From Eledone cirrhosa (taxonomy: Eukaryota): 64,000 nucleotides of DNA. Positions 1 through 12,850 of this stretch are shown here, in pieces; position 1 is the stretch's first letter, and the number at the start of each line of letters is the position of its first letter. The translations under genes were made by a program, and so were the position numbers. A model generated the notes under the pieces. That model saw only the letters and a program-made list of their open reading frames with translations, searched no databases and was not told the origin of the DNA. The stretch is taken from assembly GCA_964016885.1 (NCBI GenBank), contig OZ024753.1:33728001-33792000 (forward strand). The letters run 5' to 3'.

Positions 1-138
1 ATAACGCACCAGAATACTCGATACTTAGAGTAGTAGAGTGGGTAATAGGAAAAGGGTCAACCGGCCGGGTCTGAACTCAGACCAAGCTGTCGAAAGGACC
101 GCAGCTCAGCCGTCGGGGTGGGGTCCTGACTCTTTTCA
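1..138. mobile_element. Partial copy of the ~200-bp palindromic half-hammerhead element (left arm partly deleted), followed by (TA)n
   Basis: Shares ataacgcacc..tactcgatacttag..gtagtagagtgggtaatagga with the copies at 2761, 7818 and 21341. Central hairpin ggtctg-aact-cagacc, then gctgtc-GAAA..agccg-TC-gggg. Confidence 0.7.
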
Positions 139-926
139 TATATATATATATATATATATAATGCAAATAAAACCCTGTATTGCCATAAAACGTAAACAAA
201 ACACACTCAGAATATCAAAGCCAATATAATTGATCCCAAGCAAGATGACATCAGAAAATAAAACCCAGCCTCGAATGCAAACCACATAAACTAAGCACCT
301 TAACTCCTGCTCAGACACACCATCCACATTACCGTTAAACTAACCACCGACTACATCTCTGTATTCCGTAAAATGATCACAGACCCACACCAGCCACGGG
401 TGTCGGAGCGACAGAAGATATCAAGCTGCGGCTATCATATTACGTAGTTTCTGTAAAATAAAAACTAATATCTGCAGCGACTATGGCCCTATTACGTAAT
501 TGGGGGGGTTGACGTGCCACCGTGTACCACGGCGTTTGCATCAGAAAAGCCATAGACCATAAAACACACATAAGAGAATAATTATTTTGAAAATAAATGA
601 AAATTACTCAAACAGATAAATACGAGAGAGAGAGTGAGTGAGTGAGTGAGTGAGTGAGTGAGTGAGTGAGTGAGTGAGTGTGTGTGTGTGTGTGTGTTTG
701 ATATCTATGCACATATAAACATACTTATATATCCATTTACTTTTATATATCTGCTTATATATACACACCCGCATACCTACATCCACAGAATTATGCATTC
801 ACTCATACTGTGTAGAGAAATAGATTAAAATATGTGTACTTTATATATTATATATATACATACATACGCATGCACGCACACACACACAGACAGACAGACA
901 CACGCACACACACACACACACATCAT

Positions 927-973
<47 letters not shown>

Positions 974-1107
974 CCAAAAGTTAAACAAGGTTCATTGATT
1001 AATCAATGAATATAGTTTTACAATAGATTAGAAGCACTCAACAGTAGTTGACTGCCAAGGCTGGAATTGAACCATCAGCACAGTTGACGTATGTCATACA
1101 TCAATTT

Positions 1108-1179
1108 ATATATTTTATCTGATGAGGACGTACTGAAAAAACAGCACAGTACCTCCGAAATATATATTATAAAATATAT
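1108..1179 (+). ncRNA. Type I hammerhead ribozyme, minimal palindromic helix III (Penelope-like element type)
   Basis: atatattttat-CTGATGA-ggacgtactg(loop)cagtacctcc-GAAA-tatata-TT-ataaaatatat. Helix I is a perfect 11 bp, helix II pairs 9 of 10 bp, and the core is intact. Lies in an island between (TA)n and (GA)n. Confidence 0.85.
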
Positions 1180-1698
1180 TTTGATTACGTTGAATGTCTA
1201 TATTTATTAATATTTTGAATTAATATTAGAGAGAGGGAGAGGGGGGGGGAGAAAGAGAGAGAGAGAGAGAGAGAGATACGCACGCACACAAGCATATATA
1301 TCTACCTGTGTTCTTGTTCAGAAGTATATACACAATTTATGCTATTTTCATACTTAATACGACTTCAATCTGACTTAATCTTTGTCTCTAGGCTTGTATT
1401 ATTAGATTTAAAAACTAATTACCACCAGATTATATAGTGGTATTACAACTACATAACTGTAAAGAAAATCAAACATCTTTAAGAGTGTTGTGCTACCGTA
1501 GTACCACTTAAAGGAAAGGAAATTGACGAGACCTCCGACTTCATTCGCTTACCGAGTGCAGTGAAACTCGTCCAATCGGACCAAGGAAAGTGTTTCCATT
1601 GGTCTTCCCATTGCTGATACTATCTACCGGTCGCAACTCCTGGTAGAAAAAGCAATGGGGAATAAAGTGTCTCACTTAAAGACAAAACGCATGACCCT

Positions 1699-1878
1699 AT
1701 TTCTACTTTAGGCACAAGGCCAGCAATTACCCAGTGCATTACTGGTACTTTATTTTATCGACTCCGTAAGGATGAAAGGTAAAGTTAACTTCGGTGGGAT
1801 TTGAACTCAGATCATAAACGGACGTAACTATGCTGGAAAGCATGGTGCCCGACCCTCTACCGATACTGCCAAACACCC
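1699..1878 (-). mobile_element. tRNA-derived SINE (main family of this window)
   Basis: Reverse complement of the family consensus ggcagtatcggtagag..gagttcaaatcc..actttgcctttcatcc..gtcgataaaataaagtaccag..ggccttgtgcctaaagtagaaa. Confidence 0.85.
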
Positions 1879-2051
1879 TAACATTAATAATGTGTGACTT
1901 GATACGGTGTTTTTAAACGTCCTTAAATATAAACTTGTATGACCATTCCTTAATATTTGTGTTGCCGGATATCTAATGAAAGACACTGCCTATGTGTTTT
2001 AAGGTAAATTAAACATTTTGAAAATTTAATAAATAACCTTTTCTTCCGTAG

Positions 2052-2142
2052 AGTAAGATCAAGGGAAGCTGATCTTAAATCGCAGAAGCACACAAAACAG
2101 ATGGCGAAAGAACACAACAAATGGAGAGATGCTGTGCTGTAA
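2052..2142 (+). CDS. Possible terminal coding exon of an unidentified host gene (VRSREADLKSQKHTKQMAKEHNKWRDAVL*)
   Basis: Polypyrimidine tract plus AG (ccttttcttccgtag, ending 2051) followed by a short non-repetitive open frame. No homology recognised. Confidence 0.25.
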
Positions 2143-2706
2143 AATATACCTGAAGTGATGATGATTGGAACATTACATAACAAACCTTTCTAAAGATTAT
2201 AATTGAAGGCTTCAATATAAGAAGCAATATTTAAAATGGACAGCGTTTTATCATAAAGGCAATACGGTTTTAGGCGGGTTGGTATCAAGAGAGTTAATAC
2301 AACAAATATAGACAGCCAAAGAACAGATTACAAAATACTCTACCTAGACGTCAGTGATTCAGTAGCTCAATGTTTCATTAGTGATAACGCTATTAATTAA
2401 CAATACAGTCATCCAGCTACTTATCAGTAGAAACCTTACAGAACTGTTGTTCAGGGATATGTTCATCCACAGTAAAACTTCTTTACGAGAGAGAGAGAGG
2501 AGTATATATTGATGGACCCGTAGGGGCATTGGCATGATATGTGGCGTGTCTTGAACAATGTTATCATGGCGGAGCTCATCCACTATTCAGGTCTAATCAC
2601 GGAGAGAAAGAATCGACACAGATACTTGACTAGCACTTGTTGTACCGATATAGAAAGGATAGAGGGCAAACCTGATTTCTGCAGAATTGAAATTGAACGC
2701 AGAGAG

Positions 2707-2760
<54 letters not shown>

Positions 2761-2762
<2 letters not shown>

Positions 2763-2957
2763 CGAAGGAAATGTAAGGAACCAGATGGACCATAACGCAC
2801 CAAAGTACTCAATACTTAGGGTAGTAGATTGGGTAATAGGAACGAGTAGGACCCCGACGGCTGAGCTCAAGCCGTTTCGACGGCTAATTCTGGACTCATT
2901 AACCGTCCAGAATTAGCCGTCAAAACGGCTTGAGCTCAGCCGTCGGGGTCCTACTCG

Positions 2958-2960
<3 letters not shown>
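2761..2960. mobile_element. ~200-bp palindromic half-hammerhead element embedded in (TA)n
   Basis: 56-bp inverted arms at 2840-2895 and 2905-2960 with one mismatch. Each arm reads outward as helix II strand-GAAA-cggct(tgagctc)agccg-TC-ggggtcct (GAAA mutated to AAAA in the right arm). (TA)n on both sides. Confidence 0.85.
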
Positions 2961-2998
<38 letters not shown>

Positions 2999-3009
2999 TC
3001 ACAAATAAA

Positions 3010-3250
3010 TTGGCAGCCTGTATTAATTAACGTGTCTGTGGCTGAACATTCCACACACAAGCGTATCCTTAACGTTGTTCTCAGGGAGATTCGGTGTGAC
3101 AGAGAATGCTACAATGCTTGCTCTTCGAATTAGAGGTACGACTGAATGGACTGGGGTAATATGAAATAAAGTGCCTTGCTCAAGGACATAACGCACCGCC
3201 CGGTCCTGGAATCGAACTCACAACTTCACGATTGCGAATCCAATTCTCTA
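3010..3250 (-). mobile_element. Second tRNA-derived SINE family, decayed
   Basis: B-box-like head (rc of ggaatcgaactc) and ccttgagcaaggcac body. Related remnants near 1480-1695, 3900-4050 and 24070-24460. Confidence 0.65.
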
Positions 3251-4129
3251 GTCTCAGTAACGCTTCAGTGTTTACTAAGAAAAAGTAGAATGTTAGTATA
3301 TATATGAACTTGAGTGTGAATAGGTTTGTTTTCAATATTAAATATATATTAAAACAAACCACAAGAGTTCGTTAAGAAATCCTTTACGTCTAAACTGTTC
3401 TGAATACATGATGAATTATTTGACAATGACTGCTGAACTTTTTAAATTAAAACTGTCTATCGTTTCATAACTTTGAAGACATTACGCCACTTCATATATA
3501 ACGATTCTCTCCGATTCTTCAAAGAAATACTTTACTTTAATATCACTAATTGTCTTTGATAGACAATTCCACAATTCCAAATATGAGAATCTGGTTAGTA
3601 ACGGTTCCAATATGACAATGAAATATTTTCTAATCAGTGTTGAGATTTCAACACTACCACTATGAAGAATAACAACAAAAGAATCGTTCAACGGTTGAGG
3701 CATGTTACAGAAATAGCAAATATATTTACCATAAGCTATTCACCAGCTTAGACGACGAGTTGGCAGAGTCGTTAGAAGGTCGGATAGAATAGTGTATGGT
3801 ATTCGTTCAGGCTCTCTGAGTTCAAATTCCGCTGCGGTCAACTTTGCCTTTCATCCTTTCAAGGTCTACATAGTGCCCGTCTCCTCATAAGGCATGTTCA
3901 TCCCCAAGCTAGGATAAAGGGCACTAAGACATCACGCAGTGGGATCGATTCTAAGATATGATTACGAAGCGAACTTCTTCGCCACACAAGCGTCCTTAAG
4001 TAGTTTTGTCTGTGTAGAGATATGTCTGCACGAATGGACCCGTAACGCTTCATCCAGTCGTAGGCACTTTAAACAAAGCAGAGATCATTCCTCTCCACGT
4101 CTTAACACATCTGATTTATTTCTGAGATA

Positions 4130-4218
4130 GAGATAGGGTGTTAGAGATAGGGTGTTAGAGATAAGGTGTTAGAGATAAGGTGTTAGAGATAAGGTGTTAG
4201 AGATAAGGTGTTAGAGAT
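4130..4218. repeat. 14-bp tandem repeat (gagataaggtgtta) x~6
   Basis: Direct reading. Confidence 0.9.
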
Positions 4219-4249
4219 GAAGGGAGAAAGAAAAGGGAAGAATCGTTTC

Positions 4250-4592
4250 CCCTACTAGATAGGTACTTTTTTATCGACTTTGAAAGGTTGAAAGACAAAG
4301 TTAACCTCGGCGGGGTTTGAACTCAGAAATTGTAGAAAGCCGGAACAAATATTTCAAAGCAACCAATCCAGTTCATTAATGACTCTGCCAATCACCACCT
4401 ATGTAGAAATATGTTTCTACTTTTGGCACAAGACCAGCAATTATCCCAGTGTATTACTGGTACTTTATTTTATCGACCCCGTCAGGATGAAAGGCAAAGT
4501 TAACCTCGGCGGGATTTGAACTCAAACCATAAAGGGCCGTAACTCTTTGCTGCAAAGCATGGCATCCGACCCTCTACCGATACTGCCAATCC
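4250..4592 (-). mobile_element. Two adjacent main-family SINE copies
   Basis: Two occurrences of aaag(a/g)caaagttaacctcggcggg(g/a)tttgaactca. Confidence 0.8.
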
Positions 4593-5184
4593 AAGAAATA
4601 TAATGCACACTAAAAACAACAGTCAAATGGTAACTAAAATCCAGATCGATTCTAGTTAACATTTGACCATTTTTCTATGATGTATTATATCTGCAGAGGT
4701 GGACACAAATTTGTGGGCTTTGTAGATCCTTACATTTTAAATACTGCTCTCTCGGTCAATTCATCATTTCATTTTCCTTCTCATTTACCATGTCCGTTGC
4801 AGTGAACAGCTCAATTATGTCTGCTAGATATTAATCATAATGGATGAGCGTATTCGTCACGTAACGACAGCATACTAAAACACCGTAGAGAGGCGTGCGA
4901 AATTTGACGATTGAGTGAATAATAACCTTGTTATGTGACTGTTGCAGAGGTGCATTACAACGACATTAATTCAATTGTTTATTATTAACGAAGTCTTAAA
5001 TTTACAAGTTTGAAAATCCGGTATTGTCAACTACTGCCAATGAATTCTATTAATGGTATGGTATATTGGTTTAATGTTGGTTTATTTTTTTTTTTTTATT
5101 ATTAAATTTATCGCCATTCCCAATGGATGATGACTATCGCAAGTAATGGAACTTGTGATATTATATAAATGACAGGGTGGTGGG

Positions 5185-5900
5185 TTGGTGAGTTGGCAGC
5201 ATCGGTGGAGCGTCGGACAACATGCTTTATGACATAGAATTACGGCCCTTTACGATCTGAGTTCAAATCCTGCCGAGGTTAACTTTACCTTTCATCCTTA
5301 CGGGGTCGATAAAATAAAGCATCAGTAATGCACTGGGATAATTACTGGCCTTGTGCCAAAAGTAGAAACAATTATTTGTTCTGGTTCATAGAGTTACGGC
5401 CCTTTACGGTCTGGGTTCAAATACTGCCGAGCTTAACTTACTTTGCACTGGGGTCGATTTAGTCAACTTTCTCCTCCCTCAGAATGGTTGGCGTTGTGCC
5501 TAAATCAGAAACAACCAATATTATATAAATGCTAGGGCGATGGATTACCAGAGTCGTTTGAGCGTCGGACAAATTTTTAACAGTATTTGTTTGAATATGT
5601 TTTGAATTCAAATCCCTTTCATCTTTCTGAGGTGAATGAAGTAAAGTACCAGTCAGGTACTGGAGTTCATTATACCACCCCAACCACCCCCAACAAAATA
5701 GTTGGCCTGATCTATATAGGAACTCATTACAGGGTGGAGATGTTGGCATTTTTAGCTTAAATCCCACCAAGGTCAACTTTACCTGTCATCCATCCTTCTG
5801 ATGTCGATAAAATAAATCACCTGTCAAGTACTGTGATTGATTTAATCAGCTTCACTCCTCCTCCAAATTTACTGGCCTTGGACCGAAATTAGAAATCAAT
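5185..5900 (+). mobile_element. Cluster of nested or tandem main-family SINEs
   Basis: Near-complete copy at 5185-5373 followed by three more diverged partial copies. Confidence 0.8.
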
Positions 5901-6264
5901 ATACTAAGAAAAGTCAATATTTATTCATTTAGTGGCATTTTTCAGCTAAGATTCGATCTATTAAGTAAAGCAAATACGCAAGGTGCTGAATATTCAAGAA
6001 AACACGCCTGCCTGCTGGAAAACACAGCATAGAAAAAAGAAACATGCCAACTGCCAAATTGCTTATATGACTTACACGTACTCTTAAAAGCTCTCTATCC
6101 ATCAGCGTTGGGAGCTTTCACACACTACCCACTCTGGTATTTTCTAGCAGGTTACTAATGTAATTTCGTTTGCATCAACCCTTCTTTGTGTATCCATCTG
6201 TCCGACCTTTCAATGATAGCTTCCTTACTGTCAATACCAGTATAAGAAATGCCAATGATTATAA

Positions 6265-6562
6265 CCTGGTCCTGGCCCTTCTCCAATTGGAAGCCTGGTC
6301 TTGGCCCTTCTCCAATTGGAAGCCTGGTCCTGGCCCTTCTTCAATTGGAAGCCTGGTCCTGGCCCTTCTCCAATTGGAAGCCTGGTCCTGGCCCTTCTCC
6401 AATTGGAAGCCTGGTCCTGGCCCTTCTTCAATTGGAAGCCTGGTCTTGGCCCTTCTCCAATTGGAAGCCTGGTCCTGGCCCTTCTCCAATTGGAAGCCTG
6501 GTCCTGGCCCTTCTTCAATTGGAAGCCTGGTCCTGGCCCTTCTTCAATTGGAAGCCTGGTCC
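6265..6562. repeat. 30-bp minisatellite (cctggtcctggcccttctccaattggaagc) x~10
   Basis: Direct reading. Internal palindrome tccaattgga. Explains the overlapping repetitive ORFs at 6170-6590. Confidence 0.95.
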
Positions 6563-7774
6563 CAATAATACATCCAGCGTCTTAAAATGAGCGTTCCTTA
6601 AGCAACCTACTTGCCTCACCAGGTGCTAGGCTTCTAATTCACTGAAAGCCGTCGTTAAGTTTTGTTGATCAATTTTATAGAAGCCTTTAAGTTGTTTCAA
6701 ACAAATGAAGACGCCACTGAGAGTAGGGTTTTTTGTATTCATACTCTTTAGGAAGTATTGCAGGAAGTGAAGAGTGTCGTAAATAGGTTTGCCGTGAATT
6801 GTACAGGTTTGCGTACTTCTAAATATTCTAATGAAGACAAGATGTCAACATCATTGAGAAACTTTTAAACCCTGTCCTTAACTAAATTATTAGATGGAAA
6901 TCATCCATGACGTCACTCTTCGTTGCATTCTTCTTTAGCAGCGCCTTCACACCTCGATTAAATTAATTGAGAATGTTCGCTGTCCTGTTGCCAGATACGG
7001 TTGTCGTCTGCCAAGATAGAGCTGAGCATTTCTGGCAGATATCCAAAACGTTCGTTGAGTAGAAGAATGTAAACCAGGTGATTCAATCCGCGCAAAAGCT
7101 CTCATTGCCAAGCTTTTCTCAGCTTTGGTTATCTCGTTGTTGTTGATCTCTGGTTATTTTATTTTTATGTTCGTTAGATATTTTTTTCTCGGCGATTTTT
7201 CTTGGTGTCGTCTGCATTCTCTTTCGTTTGTCGTACTATGTACCACATTTTTATTATTCATTTTATCCTGGCTTCTGAGGTTTCAACAAACTTACTTCTT
7301 TTGTTTTTTTTTATTGTCAAAGACAACTTCTCTAGGAGTTGTCATGGAATTTATCCTGATTTTAGTTCAGGGGTATTATAATCCTACTACGGGATTAATT
7401 CCTTCATATTGTATTTACAGTTTTCTAAATTTGAATCTGTATTTAAATAAAGTCGAGTATTTGCTGAACTACATATTCGTCTATTGCCTGCAAATTTGTG
7501 TTTATATAATTCATAATAATGTTACAGAATCTGAAATTGTAAAGACTTAGTTATGTTCAAACAAATGTCTTTCAATAGATATAATCCAAGCTAGGAATTG
7601 CCTCGAGAACTTATATTGCTGAAAGGAGTATTCAATGAAATAAGAATAGGTCAAAGAACACACATACACACAGGTTTGAATTGTAGGCACTACTAGTTGT
7701 TTCAAATTCTACTTTCTTATATATATGAATAAAATCCATAAGATATTAATTTAACAATGAAAATAATAACAAAG

Positions 7775-7817
<43 letters not shown>

Positions 7818-7818
<1 letters not shown>

Positions 7819-8011
7819 CGAAGGAAGTGGGTTAAGGAACGAGATGGCCCATAACGCAAAAGAGTACTCAATACGTAGGATAGTAAAGTGGGTAATATAA
7901 TAGGAACATGTTTAACCCCGACGGCAGAGCTCAAGCCGCTTCGACAGCTATTTCTAGACTCCAGAAATAGCCGTAGAAACGGCTTGAGCTCTGCCGTCGG
8001 TGGTTAAACAT
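7818..8011. mobile_element. ~200-bp palindromic half-hammerhead element embedded in (TA)n
   Basis: Arms atgtttaacc-ccgacggcagagctcaagccg.. and ..GAAA-cggc(ttgagctct)gccg-TC-ggtggttaaacat. Homologous to 2761-2960. Confidence 0.85.
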
Positions 8012-8878
8012 TTATATATATATATATATATATAACGGACCTCCATCGAGTTTCCGCCTCTCAAATTTCCCTCCAGGCATTGGTTTAGATGTGTGTGTGT
8101 TTGATCTGTATATACTAGTCATTGTTCACGGCTCAGTCTGCCTCATGGTTCCAGTCTACAGGATAGAGAAGACATTGCCCCGAAGGATGGCGAGGGAGAC
8201 GCGCTAGAAGAGCCACTCTACCTCACAGGGATACAATTTGCTAGTAGCTAACTCCGCCCCAATAGTATTGGGTCGAGATCTAGTCCAAGAGAAGGGGGTA
8301 ACGAACGCCAGAAGTTTCCACTGCCCCCAAGCTCAATGACAACAAACCTATGAGAGAGCAGTCGGAGCTGAGACTATAATAGGAAGGAGACTCTTGCTTA
8401 AGGTGTTAACCACACAGCCGCCATCTATGCAAATAACTATATACTAAAGATATTTCTCTCCAAATTGGCTACGCTATATTTACTGCATTGCTTCTCTAAT
8501 TAATTCTCAGTAATTTAATATAGCAGTTCTCATTGCATGACAGTCACATTGTCAGAGACAAGCATCGAACCGTTGAATTACCCATTAGTCGATACATTTT
8601 ATAACTCCTTGTAGAATCACCATGGAAACATGTTGACATGACTTTCAGTAAGAAAGTTTGCAATTGTCAATCCAAGCCTGCACTTGCTTATGGCAACATA
8701 CCAATCCACTCAACTACATCGAATTAAAGAAACAATTATTAGCTTTCAGCTGCGTGTAACATCATAGTACCTCCCTAGAGTTAAGTAGAGAGAAGGTGTA
8801 AGGTGTGATGTGTGTGTGTGATCAAATCTGAAAGATTTTTGTAAATATGAGTTATAGATTCATTCACAAACATACACA

Positions 8879-8954
<76 letters not shown>

Positions 8955-9122
8955 TACTTATGTATATATATATAAATGTACGTATATATATATATATATA
9001 TATATATATAAGCACGCATATATACATACAGGGACATTTTATATATGTGCAGAAATACGAATAATCGTGTGTGTATGTGTTTGTATGATGTGAAGTGATG
9101 ATAACTCAGAGTATTGTCCATG

Positions 9123-9270
9123 AGGGAAAGAGAGTGCGGGGAAAGAGAGTGCGGGGAAAGAGAGTGCGGGGAAAAAGAACGCGGGAAAGAAAGCGCGGGA
9201 AAGAGGGTGCGGGAAAGAATGCGCGGGAAAGAGTGTACGGGAAAGAGAGCGCGCGCGAGAGAGTGGAGAG
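9123..9270. repeat. Degenerate ~15-bp tandem repeat (gggaaagagagtgcg)
   Basis: Direct reading. Confidence 0.8.
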
Positions 9271-9395
9271 GGTATATTGATGAAGTTTCAATAAGTAACC
9301 TTAAGGCTCATGGTTGGATCTTTACCACATCAATATATATGTATATACATGCACATATACGCACATGTATACATTATATACATTATATAGACATA

Positions 9396-9580
9396 TGGCG
9401 GTGGATTGGCAGTATAGGTAGAGGGTCGGACGCCATGCTTTCCAGCATAGTTACGTCCCTTTACGGTCTGAGTTCAAATCCCGCTGAGGTTGACTTTGCC
9501 TTTCATCCTTACGGGGGTCGATAAAATAAAGTACCAGTAATGTACTGGGTAATTGCTGGCCTAGGGGTAGAAACAATTAT
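9396..9580 (+). mobile_element. Near full-length main-family SINE
   Basis: ggcggtggattggcagtataggtagag..gagttcaaatccc..gtagaaacaattat. Confidence 0.9.
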
Positions 9581-9657
9581 ATATATATATATCCGTATAA
9601 CCAGCGGCGCCGAATGGCGCCCGACATACTGGGCGGTCAAGGTGATGTATGTTCTAC

Positions 9658-9702
<45 letters not shown>

Positions 9703-9713
9703 AGAACATATAT

Positions 9714-10091
9714 CACGTTGATCACCTTGACCGACCAGTCTGTCGGCACCATTCGGCGTCGCTGGTCACAGCACGTTTTAACCATACGATGACGCCATCC
9801 CACAGTCCTAAAGTCTGTCTTAAGCCAGAAGGTTCATTTGGCCGGTGCTTATCCCGGTTTCATGGCGTGAAGCGACTGAGAGTATAAGACTCCCCCCTGG
9901 ACAGGACGCCAGTCCATCGCAGGTTTAAACCCCCAGCTATTGCTGGTACTCATTTTCAGCTGAGTAAACTGGGGCAACGTGAAATAATGTGTCTTGCTCA
10001 AGGAAACAACACATCACCCGGTCCGAGAATTGAACTCACAACCTTTCGATTGCAAGCCTATTGCTCTAACCACTAAGCTATGCGCCTTCAC
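9714..10091 (-). mobile_element. Full-length tRNA-derived SINE with V-domain-like core, flanked by a 13-bp direct repeat
   Basis: Minus strand: A box tagcttagtgg, B box gagttcaattc, then cctgcgatggactggcgtcctgtccagggg (V-SINE-like core). gtagaacatatat at 9701-9713 and 10092-10104. Confidence 0.85.
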
Positions 10092-10095
10092 GTAG

Positions 10096-10126
<31 letters not shown>

Positions 10127-10127
<1 letters not shown>

Positions 10128-10322
10128 CGATATTAACAAATGGAAACTATATTTATAATTTAACTTGGTGTCCTTGAAATATGTATAATGAAATAAATAT
10201 GGTTTTATAAATATAGTTTCCATTTGTTAATATCGTATGTTTACTCCAAATACCTGTTGAGTGCTTTATATCAGTTATAAAAATATTTGCTTGTTGTATC
10301 CCAACAATTTAAATAGAAATTT

Positions 10323-10326
<4 letters not shown>
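10127..10326 (+). mobile_element. 5'-truncated HHR-family element with short inverted arm, in (TA)n
   Basis: Near-identical to 20628-20793. Begins in loop II of the HHR seen at 20489-20553. The left ~30 bp is the reverse complement of 10207-10236. Confidence 0.75.
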
Positions 10327-10389
<63 letters not shown>

Positions 10390-11147
10390 ATGTAGTTGAC
10401 GACCAAGAGAAGTGTACTCAATAGCAAAGTACAGAGGAGACAAGATATGTTAAGACATGAGAGACAAAAGAGCGAGAGACAGAGAGACAAAAGAGGATGG
10501 GGGGTGGGGTGCAAGAGAAGAAAGGATAGAAGAAAAGGACAGACAAATATATAAACGCAGGTCGGAATATATAGCCATTCACTATAATCTACATGCACCA
10601 TATATAGATATTTCAATATTTTCTGTACTTCAGAACATAGTTGCAACTTATGTAGATATTATGTCTTATTTGCTTTTAATAATTTATGTCACACACGTAT
10701 CAAAGGTTATTTAATTACGTCGAACAATTCATACCATTATGTCAGAACAGCTTCAACTGAGACAAATGTATATGTAATTATTGTATATATAATTATTACA
10801 CATACAAACCTACAAACACATACACACACACATACATACACGCACACACACACATATATGTCTGTGAGTGTGTATTTTATGGAGTTGTATATAGGGTCGT
10901 TTCTTTTTGAAATGTTCAGCTCAAACAAATGTTTTGATGTCGTGACAGAAAAGCAAGACTAAAATTTATGTTTATAAATATATATATATGTGTGTGTGTG
11001 TATGTATGTGTGTGTATACATATATATATATATATACACGCACACATATATGCACATATATCTATATATGTGTGTAAGTAAATATATATATATATATATA
11101 CACACACACATATATATACACATATATCTATATATGTGTGTGTGTAA

Positions 11148-11190
<43 letters not shown>

Positions 11191-11392
11191 TATAGAGATA
11201 TGTGTATATATATATATATATATATACACACACATATATATAGAGAGATATGTGTATATGTGTGTGTATGTATATATGTATATATATATACATACACATA
11301 TATATAGAGAGAGATATGTGTATATATATGTGTAAGTATATATATATATATATACACACACATATATATACACATCTCTATGTGTGTGTAAG

Positions 11393-11440
<48 letters not shown>

Positions 11441-11654
11441 TATATATACACATATCTCTATATATATATATGTGTGTAAGTATATATATATATATAGATA
11501 TATATATAGATATATATTTATAAGTATATATACATCCATATGATATATGTGTATAACATAGTAGTAAAAGTTATACAGGCAGCAAGTTTAACAGCTTCAA
11601 CATGTAAAATGTCTATTATAAGTAATTACTATTTTTGAATATTAAAGAAATTAT

Positions 11655-12130
11655 ATATGTGTGTGCGCGCTTGTGTTTGAGCGTGTATATGTGTGTGTGC
11701 GCTTGTGTTTGAGCGTGTATATGTGTGTGTGCGCTTGTGTTTGAGCGTGTATATGTGTGTGTGCGCTTGTGTCTGAGCGTGTATATGTGTGTGTGCGCTT
11801 GTGTCTGAGCGCGCTTGTGTTTCAGCGTGTATGTGTGTGCGCGCGCTTGTGTTTGAGCGTGTATATGTGTGTGCGCGCTTGTGTTTGAGCGTGTATATGT
11901 GTGTGCGCGCTTGTGTTTGAGCGTATATATGTGTGTGTGCGCTTGTGTTTGAGCGTGTATATATGTGTGTGTGCGCTTGTGTTTGAGCATGTATATTTGT
12001 GTGCGCGCTTGTGTTTGAGTGTGTATATTTGTGTGCGCGCTTGTGTTTGAGCGTGTATATGTGTGTGCGCGCTTGTGTTTGAGCGTGTATATGTGTGTGT
12101 GCGCTTGTGTTTGAGTGTGTATATGTGTTT
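11655..12130. repeat. ~32-bp minisatellite (gcttgtgtttgagcgtgtatatgtgtgtgtgc) x~15
   Basis: Direct reading. Confidence 0.9.
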
Positions 12131-12297
12131 GTAACAATCTGGATAATTTTTCTGTGAAATGTATTTAATATTCTGGACACATTAATTTTAAACTTGATTT
12201 TCTGTCACGGCATCAAATAGTTCGTTTGAACTAAATATTTCAAAAAAATTCGAAACTAGTTGACTTATACCAGTACTTATCTACACAATGAAGGTAG

Positions 12298-12850
12298 GTG
12301 TGTGCGCGCGTGCGTGCGTGCGTGCGTGTGTGTGTATGGGTGTGTGTGTATATGGGTGTGTGTATATGAGTGTATCAGCGTCCGTGTGTGTATGAGCGTC
12401 CGTGTGTGTCTGTGTGTGTATGAGCGTGTGTGTGTGAGCGTGTGTGTGTGAGCGTGCGTGTGCGTGTGCGTGTGCGTGTGCGTGTGTGTGTGTGTATGAG
12501 CGTGTGTGTGTATGAGCGTGTGTGTGTGAGCGTATGTATGTGAGCGTATGTGTGTGTGTGAGCGTATGTGTGTGTGTGAGCGTATGTGTGTGTGTGTGAG
12601 CGTATGTGTGTGTGTGTGAGCGTATGTGTGTGCGTGTGAGAGTGTATGTGTGTGCGTGTGAGAGTGTATGTGTGTGCGTGTGTGAGCGTATGTGTGCGTG
12701 TGTGAGCGTGTGTGTGCGTGTGTGTGTGTGTGTGTGTGAGCGTATGGGTGTGTGTGTGAGCGTATGGGTATGTGTATGAGCGTGTGTCTGCGTGTGTGCG
12801 CGTGTGTGCGCGCGTGTGCGTGCGTGTGCGTGCGTGTGCGTGCGTGCGTG
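12298..12850. repeat. Degenerate (GT)n/(GCGT)n microsatellite
   Basis: Direct reading. Confidence 0.9.

Noticed and set aside
478-560. Minus-strand ctgatgc enclosed by a ctatggc/gccatag stem
   Set aside because: Core mismatch and no correctly placed GAAA..UH.
6170-6590. Overlapping repetitive ORFs (WKPGPGPSPIGS...)
   Set aside because: Product of a 30-bp tandem repeat open on both strands; no coding context recognised.
5950-7120. Moderately GC-rich, coding-like minus-strand sequence
   Set aside because: Multiple stops and no recognisable protein motif; unassigned.
10010-10091. tRNA-like sequence with A and B boxes
   Set aside because: It is the head of a SINE, not a tRNA gene.
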